Below are positions 23,095 to 35,388 of a stretch of 64,000 nucleotides of DNA, piece by piece. The stretch covers positions 20,708,001 through 20,772,000 of the forward strand of contig JBHGNT010000009.1 of assembly GCA_043228905.1 (NCBI GenBank), read 5' to 3'. Each line of letters begins with the position of its first letter. Within the stretch, counting starts at the first letter, position 1. The notes below the pieces were generated by a model. That model saw only the letters and a program-made list of their open reading frames with translations. It searched no databases and was not told the DNA's origin. The stretch is from Azolla caroliniana (taxonomy: Eukaryota > Plantae > Polypodiophyta). The position numbers and the translations under genes were made by a program.

Positions 23095-23501
23095 TTGTGG
23101 TTGGCTTGAATAAATTAGCCTTCATACAATCACATTAATGTGGATTTACATTAGACAACATAATCACACTCAAAATTTATATGATTATGAGTGGTATTGT
23201 AGGCTTGATATTATGACTCTTGCAATTTGGGCAACAACTTCTGAGTTCTCACAACAATGAGCAATATGGAGTATCAAGTTTGAATTATTATATATTGTGC
23301 AATCTTATATGGCAACAATGGAAGAAAACAATTTTATAGGGTCAAATTTATTTCTAAATTCAAATGTAGATTGTTCCTACTTAACACACATGATGTAATG
23401 AGAATGGATGTCTACACTAAAATTTTGACACTATTGAGAGTTTGTGCAATGAGAGCTTCAAAGTATGGTCCTTTATCTCGAAACAATTGGGAGGTTAACT
23501 T

Positions 23502-25435
23502 CTAAATATCATTCAGAGGTTCTGGTTTAGGAAATCTGCTTTCGTCACGATCTGGGAGATACCAAGACCCATCATCCCTTTGCACCATCCCTTTGTATGG
23601 GACTTGCCACCAAGACTCGGGGATCAAGTAATCATCTCTCAATAAGTCACGTGACTTGTTCACGAGGGACAAATCTCGATTTACTTCGAGCTTAAAAGGC
23701 TTTCCCACACCATGTGTCCCTGCCACCATGTGCAAGTATCCCTCCAAATTGTGCAAATCTACTTTACTCTGGAAAACCAACAACATTAATGATTAAATGG
23801 CGTACGATTTTAGATGCTCTAAACAATGTGCTATATTGAGAAAATCTTAAAATGGTTCATACACATTGACTAGTATGAAATAGGGAGTTAAGGGCCATGG
23901 GATTTTAGATGCTCTAAACAATGTGTTATATTGAAACAATCGATTTGAGGGACAAGGTTTACTTTTGATTTCTTGAGGTGAGGCGAATCTGCCACGTTAA
24001 ACATGATTTCCTCTCCAATATCTCTATATCCAACGATCCAAGGAGGATATGTTGTTACCAAATCATCCTTACTTTGAACCTTGAGCACTCTTATGTCTTT
24101 TAAACTTTCAAACTTCTTTTTAAAGTCAGCATCACCAACCCTAGGGCATGCGAACACAATCGCTATCACTAGGTTGGTTTCTCTACCTTTCCTCAAATTG
24201 ATGCCATTTAGGCCAATGTCAAATGCATTGATTGTTGCCAATGCTACACCTAAGCTATGTCCGGATATGGTAATGCTCACATCCTCGTGTATGTACTTCC
24301 TCAACTGATACCTAACCTCATTCAAGGCCTTGACTCCATAACAAGTTCCAAATATATGAGCTCAAACCATTTTTCATGAAAAAAGATTAGAGAAAAAAAC
24401 AAATGAGCTTTTTAAATATTATGCAAGTCTTTAAATAACTTCCCAAAAATATTAACAATATATATATATATATGTATAACTCTTATATCAACTAGCAATG
24501 CTAATTGTTACATGGTCTCTTGCACTATTGGTTGTGAAAGGAGATCGAGGGTCACGAGAAGTGTACAGGGCGAGCCAACCACGCACAACCTGGGGTTGGC
24601 CCTCGTCTTTCTTAATCAACCCTCTTGACAATGACGACTTGGGAAGTAGCGGTGTGATGTTTGCTTGGCGAAAGTCAAAATCTTGTATCCATTCTAGAGG
24701 GCGAATTGTACCTCGCCACACAACGACAATGTCAAGCCGCCCAAGCCGTGTTTTGGTGGCCTCATCGGTTGACACTGCCACATAACCAATCCAATTGGAT
24801 TGTTTTGACCATGGCTCCCGTGAGCGTGAGTGCATCATCACAAGTTGAGGCATGTCAATTGAGCAACATGCATACAAGTACCTCACGATTTTGTAGCCGA
24901 AGGGAGGAGCATCATTGCCTTTAACTAAGCCTACTTTCTCGAAGAACTCATCCTTGGAGAATTTGCATGTCCCAGTATACTTGGAGTGTTCATCGGTATC
25001 AAATGAGTTGTAGCAAGCCTGGGCCAACTCACCATAGTGGAGGATGTTTTTCCTAAGGTCAATGTCAAGTGGGTCAAGGAGCCCGTTCCATTGGTTAAGA
25101 CCATGGAGATCTTTCCACCTTTGGGTTAGTTGGCTAGTAGTTGATGGTCTTTCAAGTGTAGCATTGGTTTTATTAATCACCTCCAAGTTTTCATTATCTT
25201 GATCTTCGTTAGGTTTAGTATTATTATAGATAGTTTGAGAGGAAGCATGAGGGCATGTGACTATGGAATTTGGGCCAAATTTACTGTAGTCACTCCTAAT
25301 GAAGTTTTGAGAGATATAACGATGGCTAAATTTGGCGTGATATAAATCCTTCTCAATGTTATAATGTAAATTCACCATGTGGCTAAGGTTGTTAGGTCGG
25401 CTAAATAAATAAAAGGTTGAACACATGCTAACCAT
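23502..25435 (-). CDS. Phospholipase A1 (lipase class 3, DAD1/PLA1 family); exons ~25435-24512, 24328-23963, 23768-23502
   Basis: Motifs W.GLLDPLD..LR..IL.YGE, SNWIGYVAV, DIVVVWRGT, GHSLG, FACPRVG, HNLEGYLH, LVNKS.D.L. The start codon is uncertain. Confidence 0.92.
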
Positions 25436-25715
25436 TTTCTCTCTCTCTCTCTAGTAATCTCTCTCTATTGAATTTACATGTATGCATACATGTGCTATAT
25501 ATAGTAAATATACGTATGTACATACGTTAAGAGTATCATTTCCAATCAAAGAATAGGTTAGAAGGTGAAGAGACACTAATGTAACTCTTTCTTTCATGCA
25601 TATTATTTGTTCTCCTCGTATCCCCAACACTGTGAAAACACCGTTTGCCATATGAAACTCCTGATTAATTTAATTCCAAATGACATTCTTTTTGACAACT
25701 TATGTTCTCCATGTG

Positions 25716-25949
25716 TACATTCTATGCTAATATTAATCACAACAAAGAATAAGACTTGAGACGTGTTTCAAGTTTCAACCCCATCTAGCTTCCATACTAT
25801 GTTGACTTTATTTATTTTCATCTTACTTTTTACATTCTATGCTTATATTAATCACAACAAAGAATAAGACTTGAGACATGTTTCAAGTTTCAACCCCATC
25901 TAGCTTCCATACTATGTTGACTTTATTTATTTCCATCTTACTTTTTACA
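25716..25949. repeat. Tandem duplication, ~116-bp unit x2
   Basis: TACATTCTATGCT.ATATTAATCACAACAAAGAATAAGACTTGAGAC... occurs twice. Confidence 0.85.
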
Positions 25950-28040
25950 TGTGGTTTTAATCATTTTGATAATCCATTTGTTTGGAGGGAATATGGACTT
26001 AAATAAAACACGCACGCAACACATGCACTCATTAATTGAAACGAAAAAGCTACGTGTTCATACATTATCATGATGTGGCAAAACTTTTAAGGTTTATTGT
26101 ACATTTGTTAACTAGCTTCAGTTGAGCACATCTGTGCATTTTGTGCGCACATTAACTAAATTTGCATGTGTACACACATATGTGTGTTTGCTAACTTGAA
26201 AATAAGACATTATATTTGTATTCAATATCATGAGATTTGTAAACCTAATATTTTGCAATCTTAATATTGGATGCTCACAATATTGCCAAATGCAAATTAA
26301 TAAAATATGATAAATTTTGGTATCATTGGAATAGTAAATTAAGGGAGTGCAACGAAAGTTTTGTTTATTAGTAGTTATCAATGATCATATATGTTAGTAG
26401 CCCCAATGTAGTTGACAACTTCTCTTTTTGTCTTAGACACAAGTAACAAGAGTGTAGATGATGGAACAATCCCACACAACCACCTCAGAGTGGTTCTCAC
26501 AAAAAACACCATGAGTAAGCCATGAGCTCCACAAAACACAAAGATTGTGTTAGCGATTTGCAAGTTTGTGTGGCAAAGGTATTTTAAGAGAGATTAGAAC
26601 TATATCAACAATTTTTTTGTCCTTAAGTTTTTGTTTAGTTTTAGTGATTCTTCACATTTTCCTCGGTTAATTAAAATGTCATTGTCCTTATGTCCCAATC
26701 ATCCTTCTTTCTTTTTATCTTAATAATTAGTGCTTTCCTTCATTGTTTTTTCTTTTGCTATTGTATTTGCTTAAGTAGTAAGCATTATTGGCTAATTGAT
26801 GATTAAACATGGAAAACAATTATTCTGATCTTTCAATTGAACAACTACACTAAGGTGGGTGATCGGAGCGATGCTCCTAGAAATGCAATTATTACTAGAG
26901 GAACGAAAAGAGGTTCACAATGGCCTATTAATGTAATCTTTTAAACTAGAACTTAATAAGGCATGAGAAAGTAGAGTATAGAGAACAAAACATGGGGACA
27001 TAAACATCACCTAATGGTAGAGGGATTAAAAAGCTTCCACCCATCAACAAGGACAACAAAATGTGAAGCATAGGGTGCCCATGTTGTTCCCTAATGCATG
27101 TAGGACCATCCTTGAGACAAGAAAATGCGAGCATAGAAGGTTGAAACCACCTAGAACTCACAACATCCCTCTAGTCCTTCAAACACTTCATACCTTAGTA
27201 CTAGTAGATAGAAAGAGAAGGACATCGATACCTTCCCAAATGCATTTTCAAATAAGAAAGCTCGTATATCATTTTATGGGCACTATGACACTTACAAGTA
27301 TATCTAACAATTTAAGTAAATCACACGGGAGTACTAAAAAATCTTTGTTACGATGAGAGTAACCTTTTTTCGCCTTACCTTGGAGGACCAAGCTAGCGAT
27401 GGATTTCAAATTACTCCAAACAAGTTTGGAATGATTTCCTTTGCGTAAAGGGGAAAATTCTAACCAAAGAGGAACGAAATGGAACCTAGTACACAGACTA
27501 TTCTTCTTCAAATAGGAACCGAAAGAGATAGTCAGGGATTTCGTTAATGGATTATATTATCCCATCCTACATCATTTCGTTATAGGTAGCCTATGTCAAA
27601 CTTTTGTTGATGCATGCACAATGTTTTTGATACTTAAATATTCAAGACAGGGGTTTAAACCTCCTAGGCGCATCATCTCCCAACCCTCATATCCACCACT
27701 GACTCTTAAGAGAGTAGAGTGACCATCAAGATACATTATATGCTTATACATCATAGATAACTTGAAACACTACTTATCCACTCAACGGGAGGGTTGGAAG
27801 AAACCCTTAGAACACCCATGTTGGCACACCTTGTACCAAGAATGTTGTACTTGTGATCTTACCACAACAACCATTACCTAAAGTTGTGCCCTGTCTTGTT
27901 AAGCTTGAGTAAGAATATATGGACAAGTCTTAGGTCAAGGGGTAGTTCCAAGATACATAGGGAATGAGAACTAAGCTAAATATGAGAGTGGGGAAGAAGA
28001 AAGAGTTGTCATGTTACACTAAAATAGGAAGCATCTATCT

Positions 28041-28410
28041 AGTGCAAATGTTAAGAAATAACTCTAGAGATTAGAAATGGGGACATGGTTAGCAAGTGTT
28101 CTCCATTGAACAAGACTACTATTCTTGAAATGCTACCGGAGCTTTTTACTTTGGGATCAAAAAAAAATCGAACATCTTACATCATCCCCTAGGCCATGAG
28201 CTCTGATTGTGGAAGTGACCACTTAGTGCAAATGTTAAGAAACAACTCAAGAGATTAGAAATGGGGATATGGTTAGCAAGTGTTCTCCATTGAACAAGAC
28301 TACTATTCTTGAAGTGCTACCTGAGCTTTATGACACTTTGGGATCACAAAAAAATCAAACATCTTACATCATCCCTGATGCCATGAGCCTTGATTGTGAA
28401 GTGACCACTT
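28041..28410. repeat. Tandem duplication, ~185-bp unit x2
   Basis: AGTGCAAATGTTAAGAAA...GTGACCACTT occurs twice. Confidence 0.85.
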
Positions 28411-29249
28411 GGTCCCTACAATATACAAACCAATATGCACACTGAAGTTAAACTTCTTTAATTACCAATGACCATATGGTTACCGAGTGAATGAGTGAGT
28501 GTGTGTGTGTATGAGTGTGCTAGTGAGAAACATGGTCAACAATATAATCATGATCATTAATATCATAATAATACTTATCATGAACATCATCGTCAACAAC
28601 AATAACATCACAACATGGTCTTATGGGTTGTAAAGGTTTTGGAATGATCATTAACATTTTTCTAATCAATGAACAATAACATTACAACACGGTCTTATGG
28701 GTTGTAAAGGTTTTGGAATGATCCTTAATGTTTTTCTGATCAATGCTCCCATTAGTAGTCCCCAATCGCCACCCTCATCATCAATAGGGAGGTGGTTTTG
28801 AATGTTGCCATTGATGATTGTTCTAATGTTGTGATTAGTGAGGCTACCAGCAATGTCCTTGACAATACCAAGTGAGTATTAAACATGGCAACTAATGCCC
28901 ATTCTAGTTAAACATGGCAAACACCATATTGGTACCAAACCCTAAGCCTTAAGGAGCTCACTTTTCCACATATAGGGGCTTATTCTTTTCACATTGTATC
29001 CATCATCCTCGTACTCTAGTTGATTGGACTTGGGGCCAACTCATTCCTCTTTGGTCAAATTTGGTTCCACATGGCATGTGTCAAGTGTAATTGACAATAC
29101 AACCACATCAAGTTCTTTGAGGGACAAGACAAAGATGAAGGTCCCAATGAGTTCCATGGCCACTTTGGTCTCTATCACTCAACATCTCTTCATGCCAAAA
29201 ACATCAATATGCTCAATTCTCACTATGGATGAAGTGCTTATGTGCTCTT

Positions 29250-30500
29250 ACAAAATCCCCGCTATTATCTAACTTTTTGTTATGCGATACTGCTAGCTCG
29301 CCAAATAGTGTGTTTCCGCTATTGATGCTCAACTCTCATTATGGATGAAGTTATGTGCTCTTACAAAATCCCCGCTATGAGCTAACTTTTTGTTATGTGC
29401 TACTGCTAGCATCGCCAACTCCGCTAGTTCTTGATTGGCCCACTCCGCTAGCTCTTCTTCCGCTATTGTTAGCCACCGTACTCCAAGTCCTCTTCTAAAC
29501 TTCTCCTGCTTGTCCACTCTTAGCGCCTTTGTAAACATATCCACAATTTTGTCGTCTTATTTTACACACACAAGATTAATGTCACCAATAAGAACCCGTT
29601 CTCTCTAATCAAGTGATTATTAGATGTATTTCAATATGCTTTGTGCGTGCATGAAACACAAGGTTCTTGGTGCTTTGATCCCTAGATCAAGTAGAAGATG
29701 CTTCAGTCAAACAACTTCACAGGCAACAATTGTAGCTCGTCTATATTCTGCTTTTGTGTTGGAGAGTGCAACCATTGGTTGCTTCTTCTTGCTCCACTAA
29801 TCGATCTTCAATATGTTGGGCTTCAAACCCACTCAACCCAATTGGTGTGAATGCATCATACCAAACTCCAAACTCCATGGTGGACTTTGGATGCCTCAAG
29901 ATCCTTTTTACACAATCTAGATGGGGCTCTGGAGGGTTCTACATGAACTGATTCACAAGTCCCACCCCATAGCTCAGATTTGGGTGGGTGATCCTGAGAT
30001 AGATCAATCCACTCATGATCTTCCTATAGATCAATCCTGAGATAGATAAAGAGGTTGAATCCTCCCATAAGTTTCATTCTTCAACGATAAACATTGAGAC
30101 AAGATCGTCAAATGTGGGAGCATTCTCCCTTGTCAATATTGTGGCCCTAGGTCGCGAAAGCATACCTTTGCTCTATCCTCATCATCTACTACTACATCGA
30201 TGGACGCTAGCAATTCACATATGATCTTGATGGTGAGCGCATAAGACATAATCACCAATCGCCATCATCCCCTTCTTGATTGTGTGTCAACTCATTCTTG
30301 AGTTACAACAACCTCCTTGCACCATGTTGGCAAGAAAGACTTTGATGAGGTTGAGGTTGTCCCATGATGCCTTTGGGGATGTTGTGCTTTGAATGTGTCC
30401 TGACCATGGCATCTAATATGTTCATCAATAGCCACGAGAGGACCTTCCTTGAAACCTCCTTGATGCATCAATTTATCAATTCTTCTTCCAAGATCTTTGA
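29250..30500 (-). mobile_element. Decayed, internally deleted Ty1/copia remnant (gag fragment next to RT end and RNase H)
   Basis: DMFTKAL RNase H end at 29544, RT C-terminal-like sequence ~29700-30010 and gag-like TILTRENAPTFDDLVSMFIVEE ~30080-30150. Many stops. Confidence 0.65.
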
Positions 30501-32341
30501 ATCATAGACACCCTCGTTCATGCATGATTCAATTTATCAATTCTTTTTCCATGTCTTGGACAATAAAACCAGTCACTTACTCCACTTGGGGCTATGTCTC
30601 AAATCATGCCACGTTCGTAAACTCAACTTGAATCCCATGTGCACTTTTAGAGTAGCTCGTGATGTGATTCTCACGAATATTATCAACACGAGAAGAGGGA
30701 GGAAGAAAAAGATCAAACTATCATGAGACAAGATATGGGGACAAAACAAGAAGTTTTGATCTTGAATGACCTATGTCAACTACAACGAAGACCCCCAATA
30801 TATAATGAATAGGTCATGCTTGAATTAATTGACATGCAATCGTAGAGCCTCCCATCTGGCAACCCACAAATACATCCTCTCTCAACCTTACAAACACATG
30901 CTCTGATTCCTTGCATTAGTTAGATATCAAGTTCAATGGTCTTGATCATGAGCTCACCTCGAAACAACCAACAAAGACATACTCTCATGTATGCCAAGTA
31001 GGCCACTCATTGGTTCAACACACAAGATGTGTTCGGAGGGGGTTTCCACAACAAAACATATTTGTGTCTTCGTTAAACCAATAGAGATCTTCTTTCCATG
31101 CGAACCCAATTTCCATTTGTTATTACTTGGGCCAATTTGCATTGATTTAAATTTTCGTTTTCCACACAAGTGTATTTGATTCTGGTTCAAGATCAAAAGA
31201 AAGGATTTGATGAATAGGTGAAAAATAAGAAAAAAAGAAAACTATTCTAATTTTTCATGACCAACGTGATTTGAACATGCATCTCCAAATTCCACTTGGA
31301 GCAAGTCAAAAGAATGAAATGGAATTTACTTATCATCATCTTGTTGCACCCAATTGGCAATTTTCTTTCAGATTCTAGTGATTTTCCTTCGTCAAAATTC
31401 ATTGCTACATATTTGTTTGGTCACTTCACTTTGGTATGCACACAAGTCTCTGAAGTTCTTCACATGGAATGGTATGATGTGTGTACCATTCTAAAAACCA
31501 AATAAACCCTAATAGTGATAGGTCGCTACTTTCTATTTAGGGTAGCTCGAAAACGAATTATGTGGCAATTTGATGTAAAGCTCATATGACCTACTAACTT
31601 TCTTAATTTTAAAATGGTTGTGGTTACTGATACAACTATTTCTATCATACAAATGAATTATTGTAGATAGTTGTTGTCAAGATGAGGGACAATAGTCAAA
31701 TGCCACATTACGATACCTTGAAGGAACAAGAAAGGAAGAAGTTTTTGATACAAGTCATTGGTTTCTGAGAGAGCTTCTTTGATCTAGCACAAAAACAATC
31801 AATTGGGAAGAAATTTTTGATACGAGTCATTGGTTTCTGAGAGAGCTTCTTTGATGTAGCACAAAAACAATCAATTGAGGATTTGTTTCAAGTTTAGCAC
31901 ACATAAAACTAACTGTATTGTCTTGCTTGACCAAGGATGACTCTTGGTGTGCTTCGTGCAACAAAGAGGAGGATGACCATTGATGTTGATGTTGTATGTG
32001 TGGAACATGGTGGCCTTGTCTCTTTGAGTTTCTTCTTGCCTTCCCTCTTAGCTCATGTTTTTCATGGTTATCCAAGCTTTTGTTTGTTGAGAGACCTCTT
32101 ATTCATCAACTATCATATCAATTATATCTTCCAAAACTCTCATATTCTTTGTTGACGCGATGAGGCAAGGTAAATTTGGGCATGTGCACTTTCAGTTGCA
32201 ATTCTTTCTATAATTGTTTAGGGATAATTAAAGTTGTGGAAAGATGTAAATTCCTTGGGTTGGAAATTCTGTTAAATCATAAATGGAATGAATGTGCTAC
32301 CCACGCTTAAAGGCAGGAAAGAGAGCATATATTACATTTGA

Positions 32342-32670
32342 GTGTTGTGCCTTCAAGAAATTAAGTGTTGTGCCTTCAAGAAATACCTTCTTGATAATTT
32401 GGTGAGATCGATGCTTCTCTATGGAGTCGAAGTACAGAGCAATATTATCTCTAATTCCATTCGGAAATCGTTCGAAAATGTACAAAAGCATTTTTTGACA
32501 AAGTTTCTCCAATGCAACTTTGGTGAGACAATGCTTCTCTATGGGGTGGAAGTACATAGCAATATTATCCCTAAGTCCATTCAGAAATCGTTCGAAAATG
32601 TCCAAAAACATTTTTTGACATAGTTTCTCCAAGTCAAGAAACAAACACCATGCACCTTCATACTTCAATA
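32342..32670 (+). mobile_element. LINE (non-LTR) RT C-terminal fragment, internally duplicated
   Basis: LVRSMLLYGVEV and FENVQKHFLT motifs each occur twice. Confidence 0.55.
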
Positions 32671-33111
32671 CATGTTAGAGCCCCTCCCATTTTCTTCCAT
32701 CTGAATCATTACTTTCATGTGACTTAGCTCACAGTCACAACTATATGAGACAAGGCATTGGGCCACAAGGGATAAGAGTAGTAGTGGACTATTGCACACT
32801 TTGCTTGAAACAAGATCGAGAGTCTAACTAAGTGTCACACTTTGATAGATTGCTTTGCCTTTTATCACATTAGACTCTGCATTCTACACATCTTCGACCA
32901 AACCCAATCCTTGCACGAATTTATGTCACAATCATCGCAATGTGCACTCTCAATCGCAACATTCATTAGTACAGTTCCTAAGCATCGAGAGCCGCTACTC
33001 GTTTTTCACATGTAGTACATGAAAATGTAAAATATGTTTGGTCTCGTAGGTCATATTTGATCTCCAAAGAAGGATAATAAAATGTATCTATCTATCTATC
33101 TCTTGAAAATA

Positions 33112-33645
33112 TTCCCCAAATATCCTCCTTCGTGTATCTCACAGAGTTTTATAGAATCTCCAAATTTACCCTCCAATTTTCCGGAAATATCCTCCTTCCT
33201 CTATCTCACAGAGTTTTATAAAATCTCCAAACCTACCCTCCAATTTTCCGAAAATACCCTCCTTCCTCTATCTCACGGAGTTTTATAAAATCTCCAAACC
33301 TACCCTCCAATTTTCCAAAAATACCCTCCTTCCTCTATCTCATAGAGTTTTATAGAATCTCCAAACCTACCCTCCAATTTTCCGGAAATACTCTCCTTCC
33401 TCTATCTCACAGACTTTTATAAAATCTCCAAACTTACCCTCCAATTTTCCGGAAATACCCTCCCTCCTCTATCTCACAGAGTTTTATAAAATCTCCAAAC
33501 CTATACCCTCCAATTTTCCGGAAATACCCTCCTTCCTCTATCTCACAGAGTTTTATAAAATCTCCAAACCTATACCCTCCAATTTTCCGGAAATACCCTC
33601 CTTCCTCTATCCCACAGGGTTTTATAAAATCCCTAAATTACCCTC
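33112..33645. repeat. Minisatellite, ~67-bp unit x about 8
   Basis: CCTCCTTCCTCTATCTCACAGAGTTTTATAAAATCTCCAAACCTACCCTCCAATTTTCCGGAAATAC repeated. Confidence 0.95.
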
Positions 33646-33783
33646 CTCTCTCGCTTTCTTTGCAACCCCCCCCCCCCCCAAAGCCCTTACTGCATTTGAA
33701 GGGAGGAAGAGGAGGGTATATGCAGAAGCAGAGAGACAGAGACAGAGACAGAGACAGAGACAGAGACAGAGATAGAGATAGAG

Positions 33784-34761
33784 ATGGGGAAGGAGAGTGC
33801 ACCCATTGCGTGGAGCGCTCGGCTGGCCATCACCCTGGTGAGGGGGATTCCGGGGACCCTCGCCCTCCACAGAAGGACCTTGGAGGCCCTCGGCCTCCGC
33901 AAGTGCTATCGCACCGTCATCCGCCCCAACACCCCCACCATCCGAGGACAGGTCCAACAGGTAATTGCAGAGTCTTCGTGTGTAGCGTTTTTTTTTTTGG
34001 TTTTCTATCCAATTGCAGCGTTTTTGGTTTGTGCATTTTGTTTGTTGATTCTCTGATTTAATCACGACGTAATTCCTTATTTGGTTGTTGTGTCTTGTTG
34101 TCATTCACCAAAAAGATCAGCTTCTGTCCGTTTCTTTTAGGGTTTTACTCCATATTTTGATGTCTTCAGAAAAAAGGAAGATTCTAAACTACTTATGTAT
34201 CTCTTTAGGATCATTGTAATGCTTTCAGATATAACAGTAGAACTCCTGCATTGACATAACAATTGCTCGTATTTTAAATGAAGATCATAATAGGGATTTT
34301 ACATGGATCCAACCTTCAAATTGTTCTTTTGAAGATCACTTGGAATTCAGCCCATTTTAATAGACCAAAATGAAGAGTGTAGGGTTTAGGGTTGATTTAT
34401 TACATCTAAATCATTGGTTGAAGGCATAACTCAATATGCTTTCAAACAGGGCTCCATAATTGACATGAGATAGTATGAACAAATATGAACTATTTTCTGG
34501 GAACTTTTTTGTGTTATCTCTTTGTTATTTCTGGGTGGCTTTCCTTATGTGTGTTGGGTTGAGTCTCCCCTTTCAATCAATATGCTCTTCGCGTCATGCA
34601 TATATTTTTGTCTATGTATGTAGGTGAAAAGACATTTGCGAGTTGAAACTGAAGAAATGTATCTAGACCGACTCAAGAAGGAAGCTGAGCATAAGGAGCT
34701 TCGCCCACCAATTGTAGTTAGGCATACAATACCAAATGGCAAGAAGAAACAGCCAGAGTAA
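33784..34761 (+). CDS. RPL30: Organellar (probably mitochondrial) ribosomal protein uL30; exons 33784-33960 and 34624-34761
   Basis: ITLVRGIPGT..LHRRTLEALGLRKC.RTV..PNTPTIRG.VQQ|VKRHLRVETEEMY. Clean phase-0 GT-AG intron. Confidence 0.9.
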
Positions 34762-35388
34762 TATGATGGTTTAATAATTGTCTCACAGTTTAAATTACTG
34801 CTAACACAACAATCTTGGGATAGTTGCCTTTTCAGGCTTGGGTTGAGATGTTTTCCGTCCAGGTGTTGTAGCTCATTACAAGTGCCAGGATCATACATAT
34901 GCAGAATTTAAATTCTATATTTTTGTATCTTTCGTACGTGAGTGTGATTGGATTTTTGCCCGCCATGACCCATTGATGCATGATGCTATAGTTTGTTACT
35001 GCATGTTCTTGATAAAGCATTAAATGAGCAAGCTTTTCCAAATATTTCTATTGCATATATGCCGGTTGCATTCTTGATATTTTGGCGACAAAAAAAGATA
35101 ATGTAATGCATCAATTTTAAGTCGTTTGGCAGAGACAGCATGTGAGCTAAGAGATGGATGGATTCTATAACACAGATGGAGACAGATGGATTCTATAAAT
35201 AAAAATTTACTTAAACCTAGATAGTATCATCTGTCATATCGGCCATGTCCATAAAGCCTGGATCTGTATTACCAGAACATGTCTTTCAAACCACCAAAAT
35301 AGGAAATAAGCATATAGAAACAGTGTCAATTGAACTCTTCAATTAAATGATGGCAAAGATAGAACTTATCTTTAAGTTGACATCTTCA

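Noticed and set aside
26900-27950. Possible decayed transposase or retroelement sequence (also 31000-32250, 45000-47000, 58200-58760)
   Set aside because: Looks like old TE debris, but no motif could be assigned reliably by eye.
33112-33645. CRISPR-like periodic array
   Set aside because: Units are contiguous with no unique spacers, the context is eukaryotic, and there are no cas genes.
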